Source of the DNA: Candidatus Heimdallarchaeota archaeon
Lineage (GTDB): Archaea > Asgardarchaeota > Heimdallarchaeia > Heimdallarchaeales > Heimdallarchaeaceae
DNA: 64,000 nt
NCBI GenBank assembly: GCA_018238545.1
Contig: JABCTC010000007.1
Coordinates: 1-64,000, forward strand
Reading direction: 5' to 3'
Below the pieces are notes generated by a model. The model made no database searches, had not been told where the DNA came from, and saw nothing but the letters and a program-made list of their open reading frames with translations. Shown in pieces: positions 38,346 through 48,190 of this stretch (position 1 is the first letter of the stretch; each line of letters opens with the position of its first letter). The position numbers and the translations under genes are program-made.

Positions 38346-39119
38346 TTGAAAAATGATACTTCTATGAAAGCTAAGAGAGCGATAGTGCGTGAACCTAGTT
38401 TGAGTTATACACAGTGTGTTTCTTCACACCCATTGCATCATGCTGTGAGTCTTGAAAAAGCAAAACAACAACATGCGGATTATTGTGACGTATTAGCGAG
38501 TCTTGGTCTCGAATTAATCAAGCTACCACCAAAGAAAGATTACCCTGATTCTTGTTTCGTTGAAGATACCGCAGTTATTTTTGAAAATAGAGCCTTTATC
38601 ACAAGAATGGGTGTTAAAAGTCGTCGTGGCGAAGACAAAGAAGTAGAAGAAGTACTCAGAGAATATTTCACAACTAAACGAGCAACAGAACCAGCTACTC
38701 TTGAAGGTGGAGATGTTTTACATCTCCCTGATAAATTGATTTGTGGAATAACTCAAAGAACAAATGAATTTGGAACTCAACAAATGGAGAATTGGTTACA
38801 AGTCAAAGTAGCTACAATAACTAACCCTAACATTGTTCATCTCAAAAGTTACATGAAATATCTAGGAAAAAATACGATGATTATCAATGAAAAATTTGTT
38901 AATCATCCTTTATTACAAAAACTTAATCTTCTAATAATTCCTAATAAAGAAAGTTATTCGGTTAACTGTTTATCAATTGAAAACACAGTAATTATGTCTG
39001 ATAATTTTAAATATGCTCAAAATGCTGTAATTGAAGCAGGATTTGAAGTTATCTCCCTTGAAATGAGTGAATTTGAAAAATGTCAAGGAGCTTTAACCTG
39101 TCTCTCAATCATTTTTTAG
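38346..39119 (+). CDS. Dimethylargininase / amidinotransferase-family enzyme
   Basis: PDSCFVED, RRGE, LEGGD, HLK, EFEKCQGALTC. Confidence 0.9.
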   Translation: MKNDTSMKAKRAIVREPSLSYTQCVSSHPLHHAVSLEKAKQQHADYCDVLASLGLELIKLPPKKDYPDSCFVEDTAVIFENRAFITRMGVKSRRGEDKEVEEVLREYFTTKRATEPATLEGGDVLHLPDKLICGITQRTNEFGTQQMENWLQVKVATITNPNIVHLKSYMKYLGKNTMIINEKFVNHPLLQKLNLLIIPNKESYSVNCLSIENTVIMSDNFKYAQNAVIEAGFEVISLEMSEFEKCQGALTCLSIIF

Positions 39120-39204
39120 AATCTTTCATATTTAAGCATAAATGACATTATTGCAGTAAATGCAAACATCTAAATAGTAAAATTGCTATTTTTTTCTGAG
39201 TAAA

Positions 39205-39831
39205 ATGTTCTTCAGACGTATAGTGAAATCTCTTATTGGTTTTGTTACTTGTACGATTGTTGTTCTTCTCTTGATATTAATATTGTGGCCAACATTTGAT
39301 CAACCTGGATTAGTGGAGTTTAATCGGCTTATGGTTGAACAATATGGTTCAAGTGGTCATTTTACTGTAGCACTTTTATCTCTCTTAGTTGTAAATATCT
39401 TTTTACCAATAGATTTACCTGACATTTTTAATGTTGCTAATACTCTTTCTGGAAGTCCAGTTCCTGATGGTTTCCCATTTAGTCATGTGGGAATGTATAT
39501 TCTGATTCTTGTAATTTGGTTAATTGGTTCTTTTGCAGGTGGCTTAGCTTCTCGGGGAGGTTTAAGGTCAGGAGCATGGTCTGCTATGCTCTCTTTTGTG
39601 TTTCTAGATCTGATATTTTCAATTATGGTTGATGCCATGGGTATTTCTGTTGCAGGTTTTACAGGTTCATTCTTTGTTGTTTTCTTCTTTACTCTAGTTG
39701 TAGGTTCATTCATCTTTATACCGATAGTTGGTCTAGCAGGAGGAATAGCAGGAGGAATTTTAGGCAAAATGCTCTTCCGGAAAGGCAAGGATAAAAGTAG
39801 TAAAGATTCTATTAATAGTGATAAAGAGTAA
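39205..39831 (+). CDS. Gly-rich multi-TM membrane protein
   Basis: Several hydrophobic helices with GxxxG motifs. Confidence 0.7.
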   Translation: MFFRRIVKSLIGFVTCTIVVLLLILILWPTFDQPGLVEFNRLMVEQYGSSGHFTVALLSLLVVNIFLPIDLPDIFNVANTLSGSPVPDGFPFSHVGMYILILVIWLIGSFAGGLASRGGLRSGAWSAMLSFVFLDLIFSIMVDAMGISVAGFTGSFFVVFFFTLVVGSFIFIPIVGLAGGIAGGILGKMLFRKGKDKSSKDSINSDKE

Positions 39832-39906
39832 TTTTAATTAAGAGAAAAACTCTCTTTTTTTTCCACTGAAGCATATGTTTTTTATATTGAAATATAGAAC
39901 TCATAA

Positions 39907-41427
39907 TTGACTAGGATGGCTTCTCAAACCAACATTCATGCAATACCTTGGGTAGAAAAGTATCGACCAGGTGTTTTTGAAGATTTTATTGGAAATTCAG
40001 ACCTAGTTCAAGAACTTGAGAACTGGTTACTAACTTGGAATTCTCAAAAAAAGAAAGTTGTTCTGATTGCAGGTCCTGCTGGTGTAGGTAAAACTAGTGT
40101 TGTATACTATTTGATCAAAAAGTACAATTATGAGTCTGTAGAAGTAAATGCGAGCGACAAAAGAAACAAGGCTGCTGTAGAACGACTAGTAGGTCTATCT
40201 TCAACAGAAGGGACCGTACTTCAAGGTGCTAGGGTCAGAAAAATAATTTTAGTTGATGAAGCTGATGGGCTTTTTGGAAACAACGATCGTGGGGGCGGAC
40301 CAGCACTAGCAAGAGCTATAGATAAAGCTAAAATTCCAATAATTTGCACAGCTAATGATCCTTCAGCAAAATCTCTGAAAGCTGCAAAAAGAAAAATGAA
40401 AGTTATAACATTTAAAAGTTTAACAGAGCAAGAAATATTGCTACTCTTACAAAGGATTGTAGAAGAAGAGAAACTTGACATAGATGAAAAAGTATTAGTT
40501 GCCATCACAAAAAACTCCGGTGGAGATGCGCGATCAGCTATTAATGATTTACAAGGTGTTGCTTTTAGCGCAAAGGATCTAGAGGTGATTTTTTCACCAA
40601 GAAATCAGAAACACAGTTTAGATACAGCCTTAACAAACATCTTCTCTGCTAAAGATTATGGAGAAGCAAAACGTGCTCTTGATGGAGTTGATGTAGATTA
40701 TAGAGAGCTATTAACCTATGTCTATGAACATGCTTGGCAACAAGCCGCAACTTCAATTGAACTTTTTAACATTTATGAGTTAATTGCTGAAGCCGATATG
40801 TACTTATCACAGTGCTATATTAAACAGAACTGGACTTTCTTGAAGTATTTCTTTATACTGATCTCTTCCATTAATCTTGTAAAACAATCACCTTTCAAAT
40901 ATACAAAATTTAGTTTTCCAAGTTATTGGGCTTTAATGGGAAGATTGAGGGGAAAGACTGCAAAAATGAAACAATTAGCAGAGAAGAGTGGAAAAGCACT
41001 TCATTGCTCTACTAGAATATTCACTAAAGATATTTATCCCTATCTGAGAATTATTTTTAGTACAGACGCTACTATGGCCACAGGGATTGCTGTTTGGTTA
41101 CAATATAATGAAGACGATGTTGACTTCCTGACTAATGGCTCTTCAAAAATGACAAAACAAATTATGACATATTATGAGGAAGCATACATACAGATTACTG
41201 AATCTAGATTAGAAAAAGCGAAAGAAATTAAAATTGATTTGATGTTTTTTGCTAACATGAATAAATCAAAAAAGAAAACATCTTCAAAGATCGTTCAAGA
41301 AGACGTTCAAGAAGACGTTCAAGAAGACGTTCAAGAAGACGTTCAAGAAGACGTTCAAGAAGACGTTCAAGAAGACACTAAAAAGAAATCTTCACAGATT
41401 TCTCTAGATGCCTTTTTAGAAAAATAG
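39907..41427 (+). CDS. rfcL: Replication factor C large subunit
   Basis: PWVEKYRP, GPAGVGKT, EVNASD, LVDEADG, GDARSAINDLQ, C-terminal PIP box QISLDAF. Confidence 0.95.
   Translation: MTRMASQTNIHAIPWVEKYRPGVFEDFIGNSDLVQELENWLLTWNSQKKKVVLIAGPAGVGKTSVVYYLIKKYNYESVEVNASDKRNKAAVERLVGLSSTEGTVLQGARVRKIILVDEADGLFGNNDRGGGPALARAIDKAKIPIICTANDPSAKSLKAAKRKMKVITFKSLTEQEILLLLQRIVEEEKLDIDEKVLVAITKNSGGDARSAINDLQGVAFSAKDLEVIFSPRNQKHSLDTALTNIFSAKDYGEAKRALDGVDVDYRELLTYVYEHAWQQAATSIELFNIYELIAEADMYLSQCYIKQNWTFLKYFFILISSINLVKQSPFKYTKFSFPSYWALMGRLRGKTAKMKQLAEKSGKALHCSTRIFTKDIYPYLRIIFSTDATMATGIAVWLQYNEDDVDFLTNGSSKMTKQIMTYYEEAYIQITESRLEKAKEIKIDLMFFANMNKSKKKTSSKIVQEDVQEDVQEDVQEDVQEDVQEDVQEDTKKKSSQISLDAFLEK
41293..41376 (+). 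repeat. Perfect 12-bp tandem repeat x7 (GTTCAAGAAGAC, encoding VQED) in the RFC-L tail
   Basis: Read directly from sequence. Confidence 0.97.
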
Positions 41428-41437
41428 TTCTGAATTA

Positions 41438-41767
41438 TTAATCATCCATATTCTCTTGTGCTTTTGTAAACTGCTCTCCTAAGGGAAAAACCATACCTTC
41501 AGAGAGAAGATATTGTAGCATTTTCTTGAAATTCGATACTCTATATGTATCAGAACCCATCTTTTTGCGAATCATTCTGTTCTCTATCAAATATTCCAGA
41601 CACTTAGAAACATCTTCCCCACTTATACCAGTAACCTCAGTAAGTTCTTCTAGGTCCATTCCCTCCTCATATAGACTCAAAGATACTGCAATCACTCCAA
41701 CATTCACCCTGTCTATGACTTCGGCGGGAAGGTCAACATCATCTTTCTCGTTATCTTGATTAATCAT
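41438..41767 (-). CDS. Small winged-helix protein
   Basis: GMDLEELTEVTGISGEDVSKCLEYLIENRMI. Confidence 0.7.
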   Translation of the reverse strand: MINQDNEKDDVDLPAEVIDRVNVGVIAVSLSLYEEGMDLEELTEVTGISGEDVSKCLEYLIENRMIRKKMGSDTYRVSNFKKMLQYLLSEGMVFPLGEQFTKAQENMDD

Positions 41768-42368
41768 TACCACCAATTTTGTTTCTTTCTTGAGCAAGAA
41801 TAATTGAGAAATAAGTTTCAACTAATGGGGAGGGGATACCTATGTCCTTTAGTTTTTTGCTAATCTCTTTAACAGACATGCTATCCCGGAGCTGATTGTA
41901 TTGGAAAGCTACAAACTCTCCATATTCCCATGGATAAACAACCCACAATTGAGTTTCTTGAATGAAATAATTTGGTCTGATAATACTATGTTTTTTGTAA
42001 TATAGTGTTGCAGATTTTATTTCCTTAGGTTTCTTTAATTTTATGTGTTCGATAGCAGCTTCAAGACTTTTCCCAGAGTCTGCTACATCATCAACAATGA
42101 GTACAACTTTACCTTCAACATTGTCTGATATTTCTTGTGTGATGATTGGAACGTCCGTTGCTCTGTTATTATTATCATAAAACTCAATCTTAATATTAGC
42201 TGTCCTTCGATTGCCGTAGAAATCTGCGAGTAAACGAGCTGGAATCCATCCACCTCTAGCAATTCCAACAATAATCTCAGGAAAGTATTCCTTCTCAACC
42301 ATTTTTTCAAACAAGTAAAATGTCATCTGGTAAGCTTGATCCCATGAGACTATTTCATAATCGGTCAT
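41760..42368 (-). CDS. Type I (purine) phosphoribosyltransferase
   Basis: GIARGGWIPAR, VLIVDDVADSGKSL, WVVYPWE. Confidence 0.92.
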   Translation of the reverse strand: MTDYEIVSWDQAYQMTFYLFEKMVEKEYFPEIIVGIARGGWIPARLLADFYGNRRTANIKIEFYDNNNRATDVPIITQEISDNVEGKVVLIVDDVADSGKSLEAAIEHIKLKKPKEIKSATLYYKKHSIIRPNYFIQETQLWVVYPWEYGEFVAFQYNQLRDSMSVKEISKKLKDIGIPSPLVETYFSIILAQERNKIGGND

Positions 42369-42490
42369 ATATCCCCACAACTCCAAAAACATTTTCTTGT
42401 TAAAAAAGATTCTCAATGTATCGTAGCCTTGACCTATCCATAAACTTCTCAATTTATATAGTCATATTAGAATCATGAAGGTGAGTAATT

Positions 42491-44734
42491 ATGTCCTTTA
42501 TAGAAAGATTAGAATTAACGCAGGAAGAAAAACAAATTTATCAACTTCTCCTGGGATGTGGGCAGTTAACCTCTTTTGAAACTGCTCAATTTAGTAACTT
42601 GCATTTATCGAAGGTAAATGTTGCTCTAGATGCTTTAATAAACAAAGGTGCTATCGGAGTTTCTGAAGGGTATATTAACAAATATTATGTTAAAATCCCA
42701 TTAGAATATTTAGCTGAAACCAGTGAGAGACTGAGTTCTGATATTAAAACAAACCTTAACGAAACAACTAATTTCATACAAAGTAAGAAAGAAAGTTTCA
42801 ATCTGTTAAGAGAAAATCTTACTAGACAGTTGGTAGAAAATGCTAAACAAAAGAAAACAGCTATTGATAGCTCGCTTGCTGAAACCCATTCGTCTCTAGA
42901 TGCATCAAGTCAAAAACAAAAACAGACGGTAGCAGAAAAATCTACTGCTTTAATTTCCAGATACAATATGTTAGGAGAAGAAAAGAAAGCAGTTCTCAAT
43001 GCAGCAATTAAGGGATACTTAGATGAAAATGTGAACAACTTAAATCAAGCTAAAACTACATTGAATACTGTAGTAGGAAACATAAAACAGCAAACTGAAG
43101 AATCGGTATCCGTTTCAAATAATGAGATATCTCAGCTTTCACAGAACTCTATAAATACAATCCAATCAGTTTCCGAGACTTTACAACCAAAGCTAAACGA
43201 ATTACATCAAAAATACTTATCTGAAGTTAACGAATTGATGCAGCTAATAGAACAAGGAATTGACGTTTCTAAATTGGATGTTAGAGCTTTCAATAGAGCA
43301 CAATCAGAAAAATATCTTGGATATTCTTCTGAAATAACAAGAAATGCTGAAAAGAACATTGATTCTGTTTCTGAAACTGTTTCAACAAATCTTCAAAATT
43401 TGAGAGAATCACTAGACTTGATACTTAACCGAAAAGTAGAGGAACTTTCATTAAATGTTCGAGAAGCTGTTAACTCACTCAATGAGAAAATTGAAAACAT
43501 AAAAATTACTCTTGCAAATGAACTACAACAACAGAAGGACACAACTATTTCTGCAACAGTTTCACAGATTAAGGAGAGTATGACTCTAAAATATACTGAT
43601 CTCCAAAACAATGAACAAAATCAGAGAAACAATCTAGTGAGTGAGCGAGATATATTTATGCAAAAATTGGAAAGTCATTTTAACGAGACAATTCAAAGTT
43701 ATAACGAAAAACTCAGTGAAGTTAAAGTAGGTGCAACTGAAAGATTCACTTCATTTAACGAAGAATTTAGTGATAAGTTCAATGAAATCTCGAATAGTGT
43801 TGTTGAGAACTTAAATAGCAACATTCAATCATTTCATACGCTCTCTGAGCAACTTAACACAGTTTTTTCAGATTCATATGTTGCTGGTTCTAACCAATTA
43901 AAAGAAAAATGGTCGGATTTAGTAGGCAAAGCTGAAATATTGATTCAAGAAAGTGAAACAACTATTACACAGCACTTTCAAGAAGTTTCAAATCTAGTTC
44001 AAACAACTACTTCTTCCTTTAAGGAAGAGTTAAACAGCTTTTTACAGCAATCACTAGACTCAGCTGTAAAGGAAATTGGACAAATAGCAAATACATCCAA
44101 AGCAAATATAGACGAAGGTAAACAATTGCTTGCAGGCAGTCTTAATTCAGAACTAGATGATTCAGTTAAATTTATCGACGATAATAACCGTAAGATGTCG
44201 GATACAGCAAATTACCTTCTGAGCATGACAATGAAATTGAAAAACGATTTCAGAACTCTTGAAGCTACTTCAAAAGAAACAACCATTCCTCCTGTCCAAA
44301 CAACGTCTATTGTTGGTCTAGAAGCTGTAAAAGAGAATATTGCTAGAATAGTTAAAGACACAAAACGAGGAGTTACAATATTATCTCCACACAAAGAATA
44401 CATCCCCTTAGATGTAATTCAATTGCTACCAACAACAGCTAAGGTTACTGTAGTAACAAATCTGGATGAACACACAGATGGTGATTGGATTTCTTCAGCA
44501 GTAGAATCTCAAGCTAATGTGGAAATAAGAAAGTTAAGAGATTCTGGTACAGGTGTTGAACTACCAAGATTCATCGGTGTTGAAAGAGAAAATGAAGAAG
44601 TTCTTATTGCAGCACAAGATGAAGCTACTGGAGAAGTTGTGGGGATCTTAAGTAAGTCTACTTACTTTGCAAAGCTAGTTTCTTACATAGTTATTGCTGA
44701 CTTTGCAAGAGGAAGATCATCTCAAATAAAATAA
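42491..44734 (+). CDS. TrmB-like wHTH plus ~530-aa helical/coiled-coil insert plus C-terminal TrmB-effector/PLD-like domain
   Basis: LTQEEKQIYQLLL...LDALINKG N-terminus; long Pro/Gly-poor amphipathic region; C-terminal TKRGVTILSP...EVLIA without an HKD motif. Confidence 0.7.
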   Translation: MSFIERLELTQEEKQIYQLLLGCGQLTSFETAQFSNLHLSKVNVALDALINKGAIGVSEGYINKYYVKIPLEYLAETSERLSSDIKTNLNETTNFIQSKKESFNLLRENLTRQLVENAKQKKTAIDSSLAETHSSLDASSQKQKQTVAEKSTALISRYNMLGEEKKAVLNAAIKGYLDENVNNLNQAKTTLNTVVGNIKQQTEESVSVSNNEISQLSQNSINTIQSVSETLQPKLNELHQKYLSEVNELMQLIEQGIDVSKLDVRAFNRAQSEKYLGYSSEITRNAEKNIDSVSETVSTNLQNLRESLDLILNRKVEELSLNVREAVNSLNEKIENIKITLANELQQQKDTTISATVSQIKESMTLKYTDLQNNEQNQRNNLVSERDIFMQKLESHFNETIQSYNEKLSEVKVGATERFTSFNEEFSDKFNEISNSVVENLNSNIQSFHTLSEQLNTVFSDSYVAGSNQLKEKWSDLVGKAEILIQESETTITQHFQEVSNLVQTTTSSFKEELNSFLQQSLDSAVKEIGQIANTSKANIDEGKQLLAGSLNSELDDSVKFIDDNNRKMSDTANYLLSMTMKLKNDFRTLEATSKETTIPPVQTTSIVGLEAVKENIARIVKDTKRGVTILSPHKEYIPLDVIQLLPTTAKVTVVTNLDEHTDGDWISSAVESQANVEIRKLRDSGTGVELPRFIGVERENEEVLIAAQDEATGEVVGILSKSTYFAKLVSYIVIADFARGRSSQIK

Positions 44735-44876
44735 ATGTAACATCTTTCTTTATTCTTTTTTCTTTTTTATTACATAATTTGAAAAATTATGATAAAAGCG
44801 AGAATCATATAGAGATTGAGAAGACTTTAAGAAGGTGTTCAAAAAATGAGAATCAAAAATAAGGTGTAAAAGAAAA

Positions 44877-45050
44877 ATGCCAACCGTAGTAGACGCTGAT
44901 TGTTGTATAGCTTGTGGTGCTTGTGTAGATATATGTCCCGAAAATGTTTATGATTTAAAGGATGTTGCAGTTACTACAAGAAAAGAGGATTGTACAGATT
45001 GTGGATTGTGTATAGACGAATGTCCAAGTGAATGTATAGACTTTGAGTAA
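44877..45050 (+). CDS. 2x[4Fe-4S] ferredoxin, 57 aa (not in ORF track)
   Basis: MPTVVDADCCIACGACVDICP...CTDCGLCIDECPSECIDFE; AGGTG upstream. Confidence 0.93.
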   Translation: MPTVVDADCCIACGACVDICPENVYDLKDVAVTTRKEDCTDCGLCIDECPSECIDFE

Positions 45051-45162
45051 TCCTTTCTACTAGTTTCTATCTTTTTTTGTTCTTTCAATTTCCTTTTTTA
45101 CGATGTTTTTATCATTTTTTACCTACATATTTATTTATTGTATTCTAATTATTTTATTAAGT

Positions 45163-48144
45163 ATGGAATCTCTTACTTGTGTTTATTTGAAGACTTTGTC
45201 CCAAACGGGAGGAGATAATCCCCGAGTTACTATCTTAGTAGACTCTGAGAATAAGAATTTCATCATTAATCTTTGGTCTCCTTGGCATGTTATAGGGGAA
45301 TACATTCAACCATATACTTTACTTAAATTGTTCAATATTGAAAAAATACAAGATAAGGATTCTGTCTATTTCTCAGCAGGATCAAGTTCTATAGTTGTTG
45401 TGAATCCAGATGTGTTGATTAATGCATCAGCTGTAAACAATGTTTCTTTTTGCCCAAGGAGTTATTATCTTAATGAAATAGTCGGTGAAACAGCATCACC
45501 CTATATAGCAATTCGAGGATCAATCATTCACGATAGTTTTGGCTCTGCAATAGCGAGCGGTACTAAGCCTTCAGAACAACTATCTTCTGTTATAGATTCT
45601 TTTTCCTTACAGTTCGAAAAATTCGGTTACACTAAAGATGGCGTCAACAAGGAATTGAGAGAAATGGCGGAGAGTCTGGATTCTTTTGTCGAAAGATTGA
45701 AGGGTGATTCTATTCCTGAAATATTGTTTCTATCACCCACTTTTGGTATTCGAGGGAGAATAGATCTCTTCAATTCAGGGCATATTTATGAACTTAAAAC
45801 TGGGAAAGTTCATGCAGATGACAATATTAGATTTTCTGATTTACTTCAAGTTACACTCTACAAATATGGTCTTGATGATTATTTAGATTTGTCAAAACCT
45901 GATGATGGTACTGTGATATATGTTGGAACCAACAAAGCTATTCTTAAGAAGGCACAACCTTCTTGGAACCTTCTTAGATATGCGATAGAACAGCGAAACA
46001 TAGCCTACCGAATTTCTTACTTGGGATATAATCCTCCAATTCTGCCTGAAGATAAAATGAATAAATGCAAAAAATGTTCTGTAAAACACTTTTGTGCCAT
46101 GGTTTGTGCAGGTTTAAACCAAGAAAGAAGATGCACAACCTGTCCACATGACTTGCTATGCACACACAATGCTATGCCTGACACATACCAAGAATACTTT
46201 AATCGTTTCACAAATTGGATACGTGAAGAAAGGAATGAATCTTCTCAGAATTTTGCAAGTTTGTGGAAGTTAGATATAAAACAGAGAGTTGCAAAAGGAA
46301 AAACAATAGATGGTTTGAAACTTGAAAGTGAGATAAAAGAAAATGGGAACACCAAATTGATTTTTTCATGTAATAATATGTCTGAACTGAGAGAAGGAGA
46401 TATTATCGTTTTAAGTGAGGGAATACTCAAAGGTAGTGTAATTACGGGGGCTGTTTCAAGAATTTCTAAAAATTCACTTGAAATATCAACTCGGGCTGTT
46501 GCTGGAACTATTTCCGTTGTAGACATCTATTCATTAGATGTAGGATTTAGGAGACAGCAAAGGGGGTTATTCAATTTAGTCTTCAAGAGAAACAATTTCA
46601 GACAGACTATTCTTGATACAACATCTCCAATTATAAAATCAGTTAAGGGTGAGTTTATCAAAAACAACCCCGTACAAAATGAAGGCATTGAGAGAATATT
46701 AGGGACGAAAAATTTCTCCTTAATTCAAGGACCAGCAGGAACAGGAAAAACATATGTCATTGCAAAGTCTGCTATAATACTAGCAAAAAAAGGTGAAAAA
46801 GTTCTTCTTACTGCTTTCACTAATCGGGCAGTTGATAATATATGCTCTTACCTAATAGCAAATCATTTTACCAATTTTATACGGTTAGGACGAAAATATT
46901 CCACGCAGGATGAAATTAAAGAGTATACTCTTGAAACATATAGAGAAAATAAACCAGATAAATCATATTCTCAATTATTAAATGAGGTTCCTATTATTGT
47001 CGCAACTACATCCACAATATCAAGCCCAAATTTTGAGAAATTAGGAATACAAACAATCATAATTGATGAAGCAAGTCAGATGACAGAACCAACTGTACTA
47101 TCGGCTCTAATGGAAGGAGATAGGTTTATTCTTGTAGGGGATCATAAGCAATTGCCCCCAGTTGTACAAAGCAAAAAAGCTCAGGACGAGGGGTTAAGTG
47201 TTTCATTATTCGAGAGATTGGCTAAAGTTTACCCAGAGTCTATTCATCTATTAACTCATCAGTTTCGTATGAATGAGAAGCTTGTAGATTTTTCCAATGA
47301 AAAATTCTATGAAGGAAAACTGAAATCATTTGATAACTTGGTAAAATTACAAAACCTTCTTGACTTAAGCAATTTTACAGGAGATTACTCTCAATTAGAC
47401 TCTCCAGAAATTTATGACCCAAAAACGCCATTAGTTTATGTTCCTGTAAGAGGAACGTTTTATCATGATAAGAAAATTAACAAAAAAGAAGCTGAATCAG
47501 TTGGGTTGATCGTGAAAAATTTCTTGAAACTTGGTTTGAATATCAATCAAATGGGAATAATTGGTCCTTATAGAGGACAAGTTGGAGAAATGAGAAGATA
47601 TCTTCCACCTAATCTCACAACTGATACAGTTGATCGGTTTCAAGGAAGTGATAGGGAACTAATTGTTCTATCCTTAACCGAATCTCAGTCGAGTGGGAGT
47701 AGGGGATTTGGAGATGAACGAAGATTAAACGTAGCCATAACAAGAGCAAAGAAGAAGCTTATTGTTGTAGGGGATCCACAAATCAACAAAGGAATTTTGA
47801 GTGATTATATAGCTTATCTGAAAACTAATGCCTCTGTTGCTGTTACTGAAAAACAAGATAGAAGCGAATCACCAAAAATTGATGAAGAAAGCATTGTGGT
47901 TGCTGACAATCTTTCCAAAACAGCACGTTTCTTCAAAAAGATCCAGAGCAAAGGAAAACAGCTTATTGAAAGTCAAGAAGCTAAGTACAAATGCATGATC
48001 TGTTTTCAACAAGTTTACGAAAATGGTTTGGAATGTCCCTTTTGCAAGCATATTTTTCATTATGACCACCTTGTATTATGGATAAGTGAAAAAGGTAGAT
48101 GCCCATATTGTAAAACAAAACTAAGTATATTCAAAACTATTTAA
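45163..48144 (+). CDS. Dna2-like Cas4-type nuclease / SF1 helicase with C-terminal RING finger
   Basis: FCPR, GSIIH, GIRGRID..ELKTG, CKKC-x5-C; GPAGTGKT, IIDEASQ, VGDHKQLPP, TVDRFQGSD, RLNVAITRAK; CMIC...CPFC..FH..H..W...CPYC. Confidence 0.88.
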   Translation: MESLTCVYLKTLSQTGGDNPRVTILVDSENKNFIINLWSPWHVIGEYIQPYTLLKLFNIEKIQDKDSVYFSAGSSSIVVVNPDVLINASAVNNVSFCPRSYYLNEIVGETASPYIAIRGSIIHDSFGSAIASGTKPSEQLSSVIDSFSLQFEKFGYTKDGVNKELREMAESLDSFVERLKGDSIPEILFLSPTFGIRGRIDLFNSGHIYELKTGKVHADDNIRFSDLLQVTLYKYGLDDYLDLSKPDDGTVIYVGTNKAILKKAQPSWNLLRYAIEQRNIAYRISYLGYNPPILPEDKMNKCKKCSVKHFCAMVCAGLNQERRCTTCPHDLLCTHNAMPDTYQEYFNRFTNWIREERNESSQNFASLWKLDIKQRVAKGKTIDGLKLESEIKENGNTKLIFSCNNMSELREGDIIVLSEGILKGSVITGAVSRISKNSLEISTRAVAGTISVVDIYSLDVGFRRQQRGLFNLVFKRNNFRQTILDTTSPIIKSVKGEFIKNNPVQNEGIERILGTKNFSLIQGPAGTGKTYVIAKSAIILAKKGEKVLLTAFTNRAVDNICSYLIANHFTNFIRLGRKYSTQDEIKEYTLETYRENKPDKSYSQLLNEVPIIVATTSTISSPNFEKLGIQTIIIDEASQMTEPTVLSALMEGDRFILVGDHKQLPPVVQSKKAQDEGLSVSLFERLAKVYPESIHLLTHQFRMNEKLVDFSNEKFYEGKLKSFDNLVKLQNLLDLSNFTGDYSQLDSPEIYDPKTPLVYVPVRGTFYHDKKINKKEAESVGLIVKNFLKLGLNINQMGIIGPYRGQVGEMRRYLPPNLTTDTVDRFQGSDRELIVLSLTESQSSGSRGFGDERRLNVAITRAKKKLIVVGDPQINKGILSDYIAYLKTNASVAVTEKQDRSESPKIDEESIVVADNLSKTARFFKKIQSKGKQLIESQEAKYKCMICFQQVYENGLECPFCKHIFHYDHLVLWISEKGRCPYCKTKLSIFKTI

Positions 48145-48190
48145 AAACTAAATTAAAATAAAAAGAAAAGAAAAAAGAAAAAAAGTTTCT

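Noticed and set aside
41293-41376. Possible CRISPR array
   Set aside because: 12-bp head-to-tail units with no spacers, in frame inside rfcL.
45163-46200. Cas4 as sign of a CRISPR-Cas locus
   Set aside because: The Cas4-like domain is the nuclease of a Dna2-type fusion; no cas1/cas2 or array in the window.
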